Assembly (NCBI GenBank): GCA_904063045.1
Contig: CAJFCJ010000064.1
Coordinates: forward strand, 100,854 to 162,422
From: Dimorphilus gyrociliatus
Taxonomy: Eukaryota; Animalia; Annelida
Direction of reading: 5' to 3'
Length of the DNA stretch: 61,569 nt
The position numbers were made by a program, and so were the translations under genes. Positions within the stretch are counted from its first letter, which is position 1; every line of letters starts with the position of its first letter. This document shows positions 24,355 to 36,162 of this stretch, piece after piece. The notes beneath the pieces are model-generated. The model made no database searches. It was given only the letters and a program-made list of their open reading frames with translations, and was not told the DNA's origin.

Positions 24355-25293
24355 ATGCTACAATCTACAGCAGCAACTACGGCAACTACAATATATTTGC
24401 ATATACTATATACAGAACTGGAGTTTAAAATTTTACAAACATGTTGGATATTACTGTCAATCTTGGGAATAATTTTAAATAGTTTTGTTTTATTAATATA
24501 TGGAAAGTTTAAAAATGTCCGCGATACAACAATTGTATTCATACCTGCTGTAACGGTATGTGATTTATTAATAGTTATATGGTTCTTACTTTTTACACTT
24601 TCAAGTAAATCATTCAAATTTGAAAATCTTTCTCCCATTACGTGTATTCTTATTAATTTAAGTCAGCCGATATTGTACAGTCATAACGTATATTTCCAAT
24701 TATTTAGTTTTATATATAGATATGTTATGGTAAAGTATCCTCTTCATTATGAAAATTATCTAACAACTATAAGAACAATGGTGGCCATTGTTTCTATTAT
24801 TCTATTCTCATTTATATTTTGTCTATTTCCGGTTTATTCCTCGCTTTTTCGATATGGAACTAAAACTATCTGCCAAGGATATTTGTCTCTTAATTCTACT
24901 CATCTTTTTATCTATTGTGGATTAGTTCTTTTATCAATTTTTGGAGCTTTGATAATCCATATACAGATTTTAAAGCTTGCTAAAAAACACGCTAATGATA
25001 TTAAAAGGCAGACTCAGAAAATACAAAATATTTCAAAATCTTCAAAAGCAACTTTAATACAATTGTTTTCAATGGGGTTTTTTTGGATTATATATATGGT
25101 TATTATATATATTTCTATATTTAACTTTAATATAGAAATAGTTAAATTCACTCAACTTGCAAACTTTCTTGTTTTAATACAAGCAATAAATAACCCAATT
25201 TTGACAATTACTTGTAATTCACCAATAAAAATATCAGCCATAAAGATATTGAACATTTTCAAAAGACAAGTATCACATTTCAGAGAAGATTAA
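24355..25293 (+). CDS. Single-exon class A (rhodopsin-like) orphan GPCR, 312 aa
   Basis: Seven hydrophobic segments; TM1 GIILNSFVL, TM2 CDLL, TM3 YRYVMVKYPLHY, TM6 FFWIIY, TM7 NNPIL. Confidence 0.88.
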   Translation: MLQSTAATTATTIYLHILYTELEFKILQTCWILLSILGIILNSFVLLIYGKFKNVRDTTIVFIPAVTVCDLLIVIWFLLFTLSSKSFKFENLSPITCILINLSQPILYSHNVYFQLFSFIYRYVMVKYPLHYENYLTTIRTMVAIVSIILFSFIFCLFPVYSSLFRYGTKTICQGYLSLNSTHLFIYCGLVLLSIFGALIIHIQILKLAKKHANDIKRQTQKIQNISKSSKATLIQLFSMGFFWIIYMVIIYISIFNFNIEIVKFTQLANFLVLIQAINNPILTITCNSPIKISAIKILNIFKRQVSHFRED

Positions 25294-25659
25294 GAGCAAA
25301 TCTTCCCTATTTTGTTCAATGAAATGTCTGTTTATAAGCCACTTCAATAAGTCAGACTTGGGCTAGCTCACACTGGTAATGATTATGATGAATGCTACTG
25401 CATTAATAAATAAATAAGATGGAATCATTCTGCTAAAACACTGAATATTTCTCAATAATATACTTGCAGTTTTAATGAGTATGGGAGAGAGTTACTATTA
25501 ACATTTACAAATGGTTATTCTTTGTCAGATTGCTTTACAAGCTTGGTATGAGCTCGAATTTGACCATTGTCATTCATTTAAATGTTACTACTGACAAAAA
25601 TATAAAAAATTGAGTACACTTTGATAAACTTTTATCAAAAAACACAAAATTGGACTTCT

Positions 25660-27400
25660 TTGAATGATTGCCTAAACTCTACCTAACACAGTATTACCTA
25701 ACCCCTAACTGGAGCCTTTACCTGACAAGGACAATAAAAGAGGCAAAACAAGAAAAAAGGGAAAAGTCACAACTGACCTTTTCCTAACTACAAAGGTTCA
25801 CCTAGTGTAACATCAACACTTCAACAATTACAAAGAGAAAGTCAAAACTGACCTCTGCCTAGCTACAGAGGTGAACCTAATTGAACATCAGTACTTTACC
25901 CTGGATAGTTTTGTGAGTGGCACAAACACCAAAACCTAACCAACCCTAACCCTGCCCAGGATAGACATCTAGGATCAACAAGATGAGCAATGGATATCAC
26001 CTAAAAAAAAGGAGACATAATAACCAAGATGATAATGGTAACCATTACAAGAAAAGAAAATACACACAGCAAAATAGAACAAAAACAAATGAAGCCTCAG
26101 ACACCTCACAACCTAACCCAAGGTTTAAAGGTCAACTTTCTGATATTGAGAAGGATTCAACAAAAACTATTACCAGTACCTTTAGTCTAACACACCATTT
26201 AAAAAATTTATAAGCCAACAATCCCTGGATTAACAGAGCAATGGATATTATTGATAATATACATATTACTGGTGGACCAATAACAGGTGAACTACACCTT
26301 AGCCTACAGGAAATTACAAACAAATGGGCCCAAGAAATTATCAAAGAAGTCATCAAGGAGACCTCAGATAGATTGGCAGAGGTAACATTAAAAATACATG
26401 AACAAATGGGAAAGTTTGAACAAGCTGACCTTAACAAAGCAATGGAGGTCGCCAACACAAGAACTTGTCATAAAATATGATCTAAAAACAGATTGGATAG
26501 CGATGAAAGAGGAAGCAGAAGATATCACCAAGAAACTAAAACTTAGATTCACAGATGATACGAGAATAAGATTTATAAGAAGAATACAGGATGAAAACAA
26601 AAATGACCAATCCACAACAGAAAAGGTTAGACATAAAAAAGAAAGACAGAAAAAGGTTGTCAATAGCCAACAAACTAAAACAAAACTCACAGCAATGGCT
26701 AAGAAAATTGATGCACTTCTAGACCTCATGAAAGAGGCAATGACACCTACTTCAAAAAACTAAACTCCCAAAAGGTTCAAATGAACAATAAACATTCTTA
26801 TAATACAATGATTTTAAACTTATGTAAAGATTTAGAAATAAATGAAACTGTTAAATTACACTTAAATAATGGCTTTGGTTTTGCATGGAATTTCACACAC
26901 AAACAATGGACTACACTAATGATACAAGGTGCATTAGATTTTTCAATAAAATGGATAACAATTTTCAAAAAAGGAGGGGCACCTTTATTTAGAAATTCAG
27001 GTCTCAACAGGAAACTTAAAATAATTGATAAACCAAACAAAGACCTAACTTAACTGGTGGATGAACTTGAAAAATTCACTACATCTGATATCCCTGAAAT
27101 TAAACACATGGCAGAAGATACAATACATCTAATGGATAAGATCATCAAAACAAAAGTCAGACCTCAGCACAACAATAAAGGTGTTAAAATAATCAAAGAA
27201 TTCATTAACAAAAATCCTAAAATAATTCTTAAACCAGCTGACAAAGGAAATGGGATGGTGATAATGGCTAAAGAGGACTATGTATATGAGGCAATGCAAC
27301 AACTCAAAAACAAAAAAACAAATTGATGATATGGCAACAACAGAAAGATGAAAACTGCAATATTGAACATTTGCACAGCACTTCAAAAATCATCAAGTAC
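25660..27400 (+). mobile_element. Decayed, 3'-truncated Penelope-like retroelement
   Basis: ILNLCKDL...LNNGFGF and ILKPADKGNGMVIMAKEDY...L (DKG motif preceding PLE RT); upstream frameshifted coiled-coil-like ORF pieces 25983-26763; TAACC(C)-rich 5' region; RT core absent. Confidence 0.85.
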
Positions 27401-27422
27401 TCGGATTATGCTTTATTTAAGG

Positions 27423-28286
27423 CTATATGATTTTAATGAAGAACAAACTAAGGAGATAAGAAATCTGATAAAATATTGTTCTAATATAAAAATTCTTCAA
27501 AGCGTTTGATGACGTTTCAAGTCCTTTAAGAATATTGATTATTCCATTATCCCAATCCATATTGCCCAATAGATTTACTGTCTCAATTTTAAAGCAATGT
27601 GTGAAAAGATCTTCAATGTTATGGTTGTGTTGTTCCTTCAACTAACGACAATTAAATTTAATATTTTTTAATGTGCTTGATGACATTTGAAGTCCTTCAT
27701 AAATATGATATATACCCTTCGTATTAGATGAATCAAAAGATAGATTTATTGTTTCTATTTGAGTACACTTTTTCAATAAATCTCCAACTGCTTCACTTTG
27801 ATTACTATGTAAATAAGAATGTCTTAAATTTAAATTCTTTAAAGTATTTGATGACATTTCAAGTGCTCTTATAATACGGAATAGTCCTTGACCCATCATT
27901 CCATTTCCACATAAATTTATTGATTCTATTTTGGAACAATGCCACAATAATTTTTCAATTGCATGACATTGGTAGTATTCATTAAAATGGCAATTTTTGA
28001 GATTAAGACTTCTCAAAGTATTTGATGACTGTAGTAATCCTTCACAAATATTAATTATGCCAGTACCCATCCATCTATTCATTGATAGATCTATTGTTTC
28101 TATTCCAGAACAATATCGTAACAAACTAGCAATATCATTACATTGTGTGTATCTTAAATTACAATTTCTGAAACTAACATTCTTTACAGTATTATATGAT
28201 ATTTTAAAAATTTGGCAAATATCTGTAAATTCATCTGCTGGACTTTTTGCACGAATGGTTTCCATTTTAAGCATGTATGTCACCAC
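27423..28286 (-). pseudogene. RNI-like (NLR-type) leucine-rich repeat gene with a nonsense codon
   Basis: Repeats of SxTLxxLNLxNCxL...LLxxCxxIExIxLSxN; in-frame TAG at 27642-44 at a conserved Leu position, with the reading frame continuing to 27423. Confidence 0.85.
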
Positions 28287-29194
28287 AACAAATGAAAATT
28301 TTGACTATTTTCTCTAATAACCAGTTTTGAGTATAACCACTTTTTAACCATGTTGTATATTAAAGGTCAAGGTTTTTGCACTGATATCATGATTTTGAAC
28401 ATATTCGTTTATTTCCTAATTAATTGAAAGTATCTGGATTGTCATGTGATTGACTTTTCTTTCATACTGCTTAAGTGGCAGAGAAGAGTAGAGATTGAAA
28501 AAAAAATTAAAGTCACCTCTATCTCTAAATGTAACTGTATGTGTACAAAAATAAAAACTGGTATAAATTGAGTCGAACAATAAAAAAAAAAATTAGTCCT
28601 TAATTTTCCTTCTGTATCCTCTATTACCTCTGTACCTAAAACAGAATGGATTTAAAATTGAATTTACAGGAAAGAGTACAGAAATGTCCATAAATTATTT
28701 TTAAACAAGAAAAATCCTATGGAATATTCAGGTACCCTAATTTTAACTGTTGGAGAAGACTCATTATTAAATGAAATGACTTCAACCCTGTTTCTACTAT
28801 TATAATTAAAATTATTTTCCCTTTCAATTAGATTTGAATTTTGAAAATTTTAATTAAATATTTAATCCTTTTAAATTGAATAATCCACATCTAGTTATTG
28901 TGTTGAATATGGCAATAATAGAGTTTTTGTATAGGCCAATACTTCTTCCAGTATTTTCAAGATTTCAATTAAATGTTACTTTGTATTGTTCAAACTATGA
29001 AATTGTGAACTGTTAAACTCTTAGGAAAGTATATAAACCTTTAGAATTTAACAGTTGTTACCTTAGTTTTCTAACTGCTTGATTAGAGATAAAATCTCAG
29101 AATATTCAATACATATCTTATTTGGAAAATATTGGCTTTCTGTTCAAAGTTCTATATAAAACTTTGGACGAATATCATTCATTTGCTGATACTT

Positions 29195-29330
29195 GTGGAT
29201 GAACTTGAGGTTCTATTTGGACCAGTACTTTGGCATACTATTAAATGAGTTGTACGGATGAATACGGTTGGGACCAGAACAAAATTCCTATGATCGCGAT
29301 ACAACAAAGTACAATATATATAATAGTATT
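29195..29330 (-). repeat. Dispersed repeat module G, copy upstream of the LRR pseudogene
   Basis: Reads IVLCCIAIIGILFWSQPYSSVQLI**YAKVLVQIEP on the minus strand. Confidence 0.7.
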
Positions 29331-29599
29331 GGCTGACAATGCTATTGTTAGGCATTCGAATAAAATTGTATTGAGCTAAATCTACAGTTTTCTAAAAAGA
29401 AGCAGCTATATTAAACTGAAGTGCACAAGACTCCTGCCAGTACTGTATAAACATTTTGAGGTGTAATAAAGATGGCTACTAGTGCTGTGTACTAACCAAT
29501 AATTTTATACTCTTTCCTTCAATATTCACCATTTATGATTGTGGCCTATAATTTATTGGTAAAATTTAATTAGAATTAACAGAAAATGGTAGGCTATTA

Positions 29600-29860
29600 A
29601 TATTGTTTGAAAAAACCTCAAAGTATATAAATCCTCACTATTCTCATTCTGCATGCAGCTTTCATCTGGACCCAAGGACCTGGGAAGATAACATGGAAAC
29701 AACCTCCACTGGAACCATCCATCTACTCCTCAACATTGGAAGACAGTTTGGTAATTTGGCAACCTGCCATTACAAACTATCTACTCTGCTATTGAACTCT
29801 CATATTGTTACTTGCTTAAGTATTATTATTGCAAATAAACCATTTTAATTTTAAACATTT
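29600..29860 (+). repeat. LTR-like repeat (family E), 3' half
   Basis: Roughly 80% similar by eye to 37298-37520 (AAAGTATATAAATCCTCACT...CTGGACCCAAGGACC...CAGTTTGGTAATTTGGCAACCTGC...AATAAA). Confidence 0.75.
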
Positions 29861-30566
29861 GTTTAAAAGGTTCGAGTAGAACCAGTATTGTTATAACTTG
29901 CAAATGCATAGATTTTTCCAGCAAGAGTAATACAATATTTTGTTTATCTGTTTCATTTGCATTTCTCAAAAATGATTTCTTTTTTCCTTCAAACTTTTCC
30001 AGTCTTGCAGCTTCAATATTTGAAATAGCTTGATATTTCCTTTCCACTAGGAGTATGTTATTTACATAACCTAACCCTGACTCTTTGAGAGCAGTTCTTA
30101 ATAAATCAAATGTTTTATGTGGAACCAATACTCTTGTTCCTGGTCCACCAAATCCTCTTATATATCTGTCTTGATAAGGGAGATCCATTATTGCATAGTT
30201 AGGACATGAAAAGTATCCTCCTAATTTAATACATTCTATGTTTTTTGCCACAACTTTCCAAGGTGAGATATGACCAAGGAGGTGTTGCCCTTTTGTTGGA
30301 TTAAATATGATAATTGAATCCAGTGTTCTACAGAATCTATGTTTTATAGAACAGTCTTCCATATATTCCAGATTTGCAGTTATTTTGTCCTTGCTAGGTT
30401 GCCAATAAGCTTTACCAATTTGTAATATTGTTGTGAACTCTTCAACAACTGTTGTTTTTGGCCATTTGTAATATGGTCCTTTGTTTTCATCAAACACTAG
30501 AAGTTGTCCTTTTATAACTCTTAAAAGGGAAATACAGTAATATAACAATATTTGAAAATGTTCCAA
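29826..30566 (-). CDS. 246-aa ORF with signal-like N-terminus, Cys-containing body and hydrophobic C-terminus; possible env-like protein
   Basis: Uninterrupted ORF; partial homologues at 42740-42890 and 47985-48075; ends at an LTR-like repeat. Confidence 0.45.
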   Translation of the reverse strand: MEHFQILLYYCISLLRVIKGQLLVFDENKGPYYKWPKTTVVEEFTTILQIGKAYWQPSKDKITANLEYMEDCSIKHRFCRTLDSIIIFNPTKGQHLLGHISPWKVVAKNIECIKLGGYFSCPNYAIMDLPYQDRYIRGFGGPGTRVLVPHKTFDLLRTALKESGLGYVNNILLVERKYQAISNIEAARLEKFEGKKKSFLRNANETDKQNIVLLLLEKSMHLQVITILVLLEPFKQMFKIKMVYLQ

Positions 30567-30949
30567 TAATTGAACAGGGTAGTATAAAAATTAAAATCCT
30601 TTTTGATAAATTATCCATTATCCTTCATTTTCAAGTATGGAAAGAGAAAAAATCAAGAACATATTATTTTTTTGAGGTGTAACAGTGACTTACCGCCGGT
30701 ACTGTATACCTCATTTTATGTTCCCTAATCTTTGGTTTAAGATTCACCTAACTATAAATCAATGAATGTTTTACTTTTCCAAACCAATTTTCAACCTAAA
30801 TATAATCTCTGTAGTTTCCCAAAAGTGAAAAGACAAGTTTTTTGTCAACCCATGATTATCCTTGAAATTAAGCCTAACCCTAAAAAAACAAATGTCATCA
30901 AAGATTTCTGTAACCACTGTAAACAGGGACATATCTCTTTTGAATCCAT

Positions 30950-31600
30950 ATGATATTTGTTATGTATTTTTTGAGAATGAGAGAAATCCTACAGCCAGGG
31001 TAACAGGAATTTCAATTTATAAGAAATCAGTTTCATGCATACCACTGTCTACGAAATTCTGTGGGATATATGGAAACAAAAGTTCATTTCCCATCCTTTC
31101 CAAATGGGGTATATGATTGCAAAGAGAAGTCCTATCCTAGTTCATTTCTATGTTTGGAATACAGATTTTGTATTCCAATAGAAAATTTTTGTGATGGAAT
31201 CAATCATTGTTGGAGCAATGAGGATGAATTTAATTGCGGTAGACTTCAGAATATTAATACTATTCTGTCTCTTCACTTTTCTTTCTTTCAGATAATTTTT
31301 ATCCAAAGGGATATTTTAAATGCAGAATAGAAAATAAATTCATAAACATTAGTAAGGTTTGTGATGGAATTATTCATTGTAAATATGGAAATAATGAAAA
31401 GAAGAAAATTCCCTTCATTCTCTGCATTTAGTTTATTTATCTGTAGTGAAGAGTAATAAGTCTTGTTATATTTAGATATTTCATATACAAATCTACATGA
31501 TTTAAAGGCTATATGGTTTAAGGGAATGAAAAACTTGAAAATTTTAAAAATTACAAATTTGTCACCTAAAAAATGTTTAAGAAAATGCATTTCTAGAATA
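30950..31600 (+). pseudogene. GRL101/LGR-like LDLa-LRR receptor fragment
   Basis: LDLa FLCLEYRFCIPIENFCDGINHCWSNEDEFNC; second LDLa KCRIENKFINISKVCDGIIHCKYG; LRR LYLDISYTNLHDLKAIWFKGMKNLKIL; broken frames. Confidence 0.7.
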
Positions 31601-31731
31601 CTTGACAATCAGGTTCATAATCTATATCAAAAGCTTTTTGTACTCACTGTCCATTGCAGAACTGAACAGTTGGTAAAAGTTCCATATTGATGCTAGGCCA
31701 GATCCTAATGTATTCAGCAATTACGTTTCTC

Positions 31732-32000
31732 TTATCCTTTCAGTAACTTCAAGAGAAACATCTGGTTCACCACGTGAGAATTTTTCATTAAGATCCTGTC
31801 ACCTGTTTTGTTCATGATATCAGTTTGACACTTAGCTTCTTGATACAGAATACTGTTTGTTTTTTCTTGAAGTTGCTTAAATTTTTTCATTGAAAAAACT
31901 GTACAATTCTCATGTTTGTCATCCAAACATAAAGCACACAACTCTTCACTATTGTGTGTCAGACAATTCATATCAGAAGCCTTTCCATGTTATGCACATT
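31732..32000 (-). pseudogene. B-box zinc finger (TRIM-like) fragment
   Basis: KCA*HGKASDMNCLTHNSEELCALCLDDKHENC followed by a helical segment; in-frame stop. Confidence 0.5.
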
Positions 32001-32263
32001 TATTTTTGCTGTTTGGTAGATGTAGAATAGAATTTTCAATTTGATTTTGATTTTTTATTTCTATCCCTTGTTTGAATTCTGAATTGAGAAAAGAGAAATT
32101 GGCTTCTTAAGATGATCAGACCAGAAGATTAAAGCATAGAAACTGGTGATGTGGCAGAAAAATGAAGAAATTCAACTGAATATAAAAATCAAGATAGACA
32201 AAGTCCAAGTGAGTATAATGATAATATTTCAGATGAGTAACAGTTTGGTGATGATGCTAGTAA

Positions 32264-32410
32264 TGTACAACTTTGGTTGTATTTTATGCTTGAACTATAT
32301 TACTTTATGCCACTTATACATGTACCTCTTAAAAACCTACACAGGAAAATGTAACAACATTTGGCCAAATGTAGACTTGGTTAGTCATCCTTAAGGTTCA
32401 TCTTTAATTA
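32264..32410 (+). repeat. LTR-like repeat (family E), 5' part
   Basis: Begins TGTACAACTTT, continues ACTTATACATGTACCTCTT...AAGGTTCATCTTTAATTACC as in 37017-37170. Confidence 0.7.
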
Positions 32411-32552
32411 CCAAAATTCTTGTTTTTTTTTAAATTAATCCAACATTTATAGCAAAAATACAAAAATCTTCAGTTAAAAAAATAGGTATAACTACAAAGT
32501 TAACACTTTTAATAAAATGTAGTAATAACCCTAATGATGACCAAAGTTAGTA

Positions 32553-32759
32553 GGATGTGGTAGAAAACGACCATAAATCTATGGTTTTACCCTGACCCTA
32601 ACCCAGCCCTTGTTTTTGCCTAACCTTCTTGAATAGCCCTAACCCTTAGATGGGACCCTCCTAAGAACATATCAACAGTTATCTTATTCCTCCTAACCAT
32701 TTCCCAGGCTGAAATCTAACTTTCAAATATTTCATTTATGGCCGTTTTCGACCGGTCCC
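32553..32759. mobile_element. MITE family A, copy 6 (207 bp)
   Basis: TIRs GGATGTGGTAGAAAACGACCATAAAT / ATTTATGGCCGTTTTCGACCGGTCCC; perfect 9-bp TSD AAGTTAGTA. Confidence 0.93.
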
Positions 32760-33289
32760 AAGTTAGTAGACCATTTACTTTAACATACTACAATGGCTCT
32801 CATCTCACATATTCAATCTTTTTGGGGTTAGATGGTTAGACCAACAAAAATGCATTTGATTTAAAATAAATTAACACATACTTTGATTTAAATTTCTTAT
32901 TCAGATTTTGGAGATATGAATGTATTTAAAGTTATCTTAAAAGTTATCATAAAAATTTCAAGCATTGAAACATCATCAAGAAAACTTCAGGTATAAGTTA
33001 AAAATAATTGACAATTGCAAGAAATATACCAGTTTTCTTTTGCAACTAATCTATTTCCTGTCTATTTAATAGAAAATTGTTTGAAAGTGAATATATTCGG
33101 AAAAGAAGCAAGACTTGTAATTTTTTCAACAAATTATTAACTTTTTGGGTCGCAACAGTTGGCCCCATTTCAGGGACATTGTATCTCTCTTTCGGATCAA
33201 TTAACTCTTCAGTGAGGGATGTTGTTTAATTTAAATGGTTTGTTCAAATAAAATACTTAAGCTTGTAAGAATAGAAAAGTTCAATAGTA

Positions 33290-33790
33290 GAGTAGACAGT
33301 TTGTAATAGCAGGTTGCCATGTTACCAAACTAGTGTCCAGTGTTGAATGAGTAGAAAGCCAGTTCCAGTGGGGTTGTTTCTAGTTGATTTTTCCAGTTGA
33401 AGATAAGATAGCTGGAGTAAAATAATCAGGATATATATACTTGAAGGTTTGTCTCCAATATCCAATTACCACTTTACAGTTGGTGAAGTGTCTAGTTCAT
33501 ATTTATCTTTGGAACATGTTACAAAGTTCAACACTTGAGAAAACTAATCAATCATAGCCAAACCTTAGACATACTTATCAATCATAACTTGGCCACACCT
33601 TAGACAAACTCATCAATCACACAACATGGCCAAATCTTAAGTGGCACTTAAATATGAACATTAAATATGACCAAGCAAGGTGTGTGTTTGGCCAAAATGT
33701 ATAGGGTTTTGATTAAGTATACAGATAAGTGGTATATAGTAGCATAGTATAAGCATAAAATATAACAAAAGTTGTACAACCATATGCATT
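33290..33790 (-). repeat. LTR-like repeat (family E), inverted copy
   Basis: Reverse complement starts TGTACAACTTTTG and includes GGTAACATGGCAACCTGC...CTACTCTACTATTGAAC. Confidence 0.7.
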
Positions 33791-34568
33791 TTATCTGAAA
33801 AATTTGCTACAGAAATGATAAATGTTAAGACTGATCTTTGCACTTGTCCTGTCATACATATGTAATACATTTAATGTCTGCCTATTGTGCAACTTTCTCT
33901 ATATTTTATACCTAAACTATATTACTGTATAAAAGTTATCTCTTAAAACCTATGTAAACAAATGCAATAACCCTGGCCAAAGAAGTTTTCTTGGCACAAC
34001 CAGTTATTAGTTACATTTTGAATTTCTCTTGAAGGGCAGAAGTCTTTTTAAATGGACATAACTGCTACTAAAGCAAACAATATCTTCCTTTCTCTCTAAT
34101 CTATCAGCTCTGGCCACATTTGCTGAAATACAGTATACAAGAACTTCTGTAGTTCAGTTCTGAGCCTTCTATATATGCAATGTTGTTTTAGAAAATTCCC
34201 TGACAACTATCTTTAGATTTGATTATATTCTCTCACACAGTTCTGTTACATTCATTTCCTTTTATACCTATCTTGTATTCTGTTTGTGTTGTTTAATTAG
34301 GTGCTTGAATCTACTTGTCTGTGATACAATGTCCTATCACATGACTTCAAGTCAAGATGATCACAACTGATGATTCACACAAATAAGTCTTGTTCAATTT
34401 TTTATCAAGAAATTCAATCCATTTGAAATTTAACCAACCTGTCCTTAAAAGATCACTTCATCAGCACATCTATATCCTTTGCTTAAATTACTTTTTAAAT
34501 ATATATTAGGATCACCATATGTATCAATAGCAACAGTTTTACTTGGTTAAAGCAAGAGATTCATCCCT

Positions 34569-34930
34569 AATGGGTACGGATTCACCGCCAATGGGTACGG
34601 TTTCACCATCAATGGGTACAATTTCACCCAGGTATGGTTTCAACTGTCACCTTAGACTAATATTGATATTAGTTTTAGTTTTTAAAAAAACATGTTTAAC
34701 ATAAAGTTTTTACTAAATATGATTTATCTATTTTCTGTAGATTGAACATGTTCTGTCTAGCATTTGGTCTGTATTTATCTCTCTTCTATCAAATTTATTC
34801 CATAATCAAATATTCTACTTTGCAGATGCTGATAGCAGTTCTTTTCATTTGACAATCTTTGGTAAACAAGGATCATTTCAGCTTCATGTTGAAAGGCATC
34901 CATCAGCTTTTGAAATGAGCAGTTGATTTC
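34569..34930 (-). mobile_element. MULE relic: 21-bp tandem subterminal repeats plus transposase C-terminal fragment
   Basis: AATGGGTACGG(A/T)TTCACC x3 at 34569-34631; minus-strand KLMDAFQHEAEMI...YQHLQSRIF matches LIKELRREAELV...YQDLQFKIF of 38092-38400. Confidence 0.55.
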
Positions 34931-35283
34931 CACTTTTGAATTAAATTACAAGTTAAAAAACATTTCTCTTAATAAGAAACTTTATTTGAAAAGTAGAAAT
35001 AATAATATTTTCCTTTTTTTCTAACTAATTTAAAAAAAATCATTCAATAAACTTCATAAATTTGCAAATAGCTGTATTTTAAGTTCAGGTTCAAAGAAAA
35101 AGAAAGATCAAGCCAAAAATCTATTTCAAATTTAAAATATGATTAGAAATTAAAGCTTTACAGTTTTTGCTGAAATATTTGTCAATTAAAATCATAAAGA
35201 AAATGAATTAATTTACAATTGAAGAAATATCTAGTTCATATTTGCATTTAATTGAGGGTATATCTATTGAGTGAAATGAACTT

Positions 35284-35500
35284 TTAGTTCTAAACAAGTA
35301 AGTTTAAACAACCAGCTTAGTTAGAGAACTGAAATGACAAGTTGAAGAAATGCATTTCCTTTTATACATTTCCCAAAGCTTGGATTCAAGAAGTAACAAA
35401 AATACAAAAGACTATTATAACACACATATAAAATTTATAGCTGAGATTTAGGCAACATGTTGAAGATATGCCACTTCAAAACAAGCCTTTCTCTCATATT
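35284..35500 (+). repeat. Dispersed repeat family B, copy
   Basis: Aligns to 13678-13915. Confidence 0.8.
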
Positions 35501-35955
35501 TTTAATTTAAACTACCACTGTCTGTCATGTGACTACATGAATTTTCTATATATGTCACTGTAAAAAAATCGCATGAGGGCAAACTTATCATTCAAGATGA
35601 CTATCAATGAACTAAAGAGAGAAGCTGAGCCAATTGCTGTGTATGAAAAATTGTTAAGTGAGAGGAAAAAAAGTATCTTAAAAAATTCAAAAAGAAACAT
35701 GTATTGATATAAATGCAGACATAATCGCTCTTTGGTTAAAACTAAACAGCAGTTCATGCAGAGAGAAAATAGTATTAATTGACTCTTGTGTCACTTGGGA
35801 TCACATGCCAATTTAATAATGTAAAAATTAGTTGAGAAAGACAGATTAAATATATGTTAAGCCAATAATAATGATACATAAAATACATATTAATTACAAA
35901 AAAAGCAGATATTTCCATTTATTATTAGGAATTATACGACCAATGTGAAGGACGT

Positions 35956-36162
35956 GGATGCGACAGAAAACGTCCACACATCAGTGCTTTTACCCTAACC
36001 CTAACCCAGCCCTTGGCTAAACCTTACCTTTCCCATTAGCCCTAACCCTTAGAGGAGACCCTCCTAAGTACAAATCAGTAGCTGTTTTCTTCTGCCTAAC
36101 TATTTCTCAATTCAGATTTTTGTCTTGAAGTTTCTCATTTATAGACGTTTTCTGTCGACCCC
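35956..36162. mobile_element. MITE family A, copy 7 (207 bp)
   Basis: TIRs GGATGCGACAGAAAACGTC / GACGTTTTCTGTCGACCCC; internal CCCTAACCCTAACCCAGCCC; no TSD match. Confidence 0.9.

Noticed and set aside
24345-24638. Antisense or shadow ORFs (also 26132-26729, 27997-28317, 36661-36939, 60316-60558, 60919-61206, 4804-5034)
   Set aside because: Overlap better-supported genes on the other strand, or are low-complexity AT-rich frames without motifs
29860-29885. GGTTCGAG as a tRNA T-loop or primer-binding site
   Set aside because: No cloverleaf and no TGG-initiated complement of a tRNA 3' end; it lies inside the env-like ORF
32553-32580. Mini-hairpin covariation inside the MITE TIRs (GAC..GTC versus GGT..ACC)
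   Set aside because: Pairing registers differ between subfamilies, so the changes are not truly compensatory
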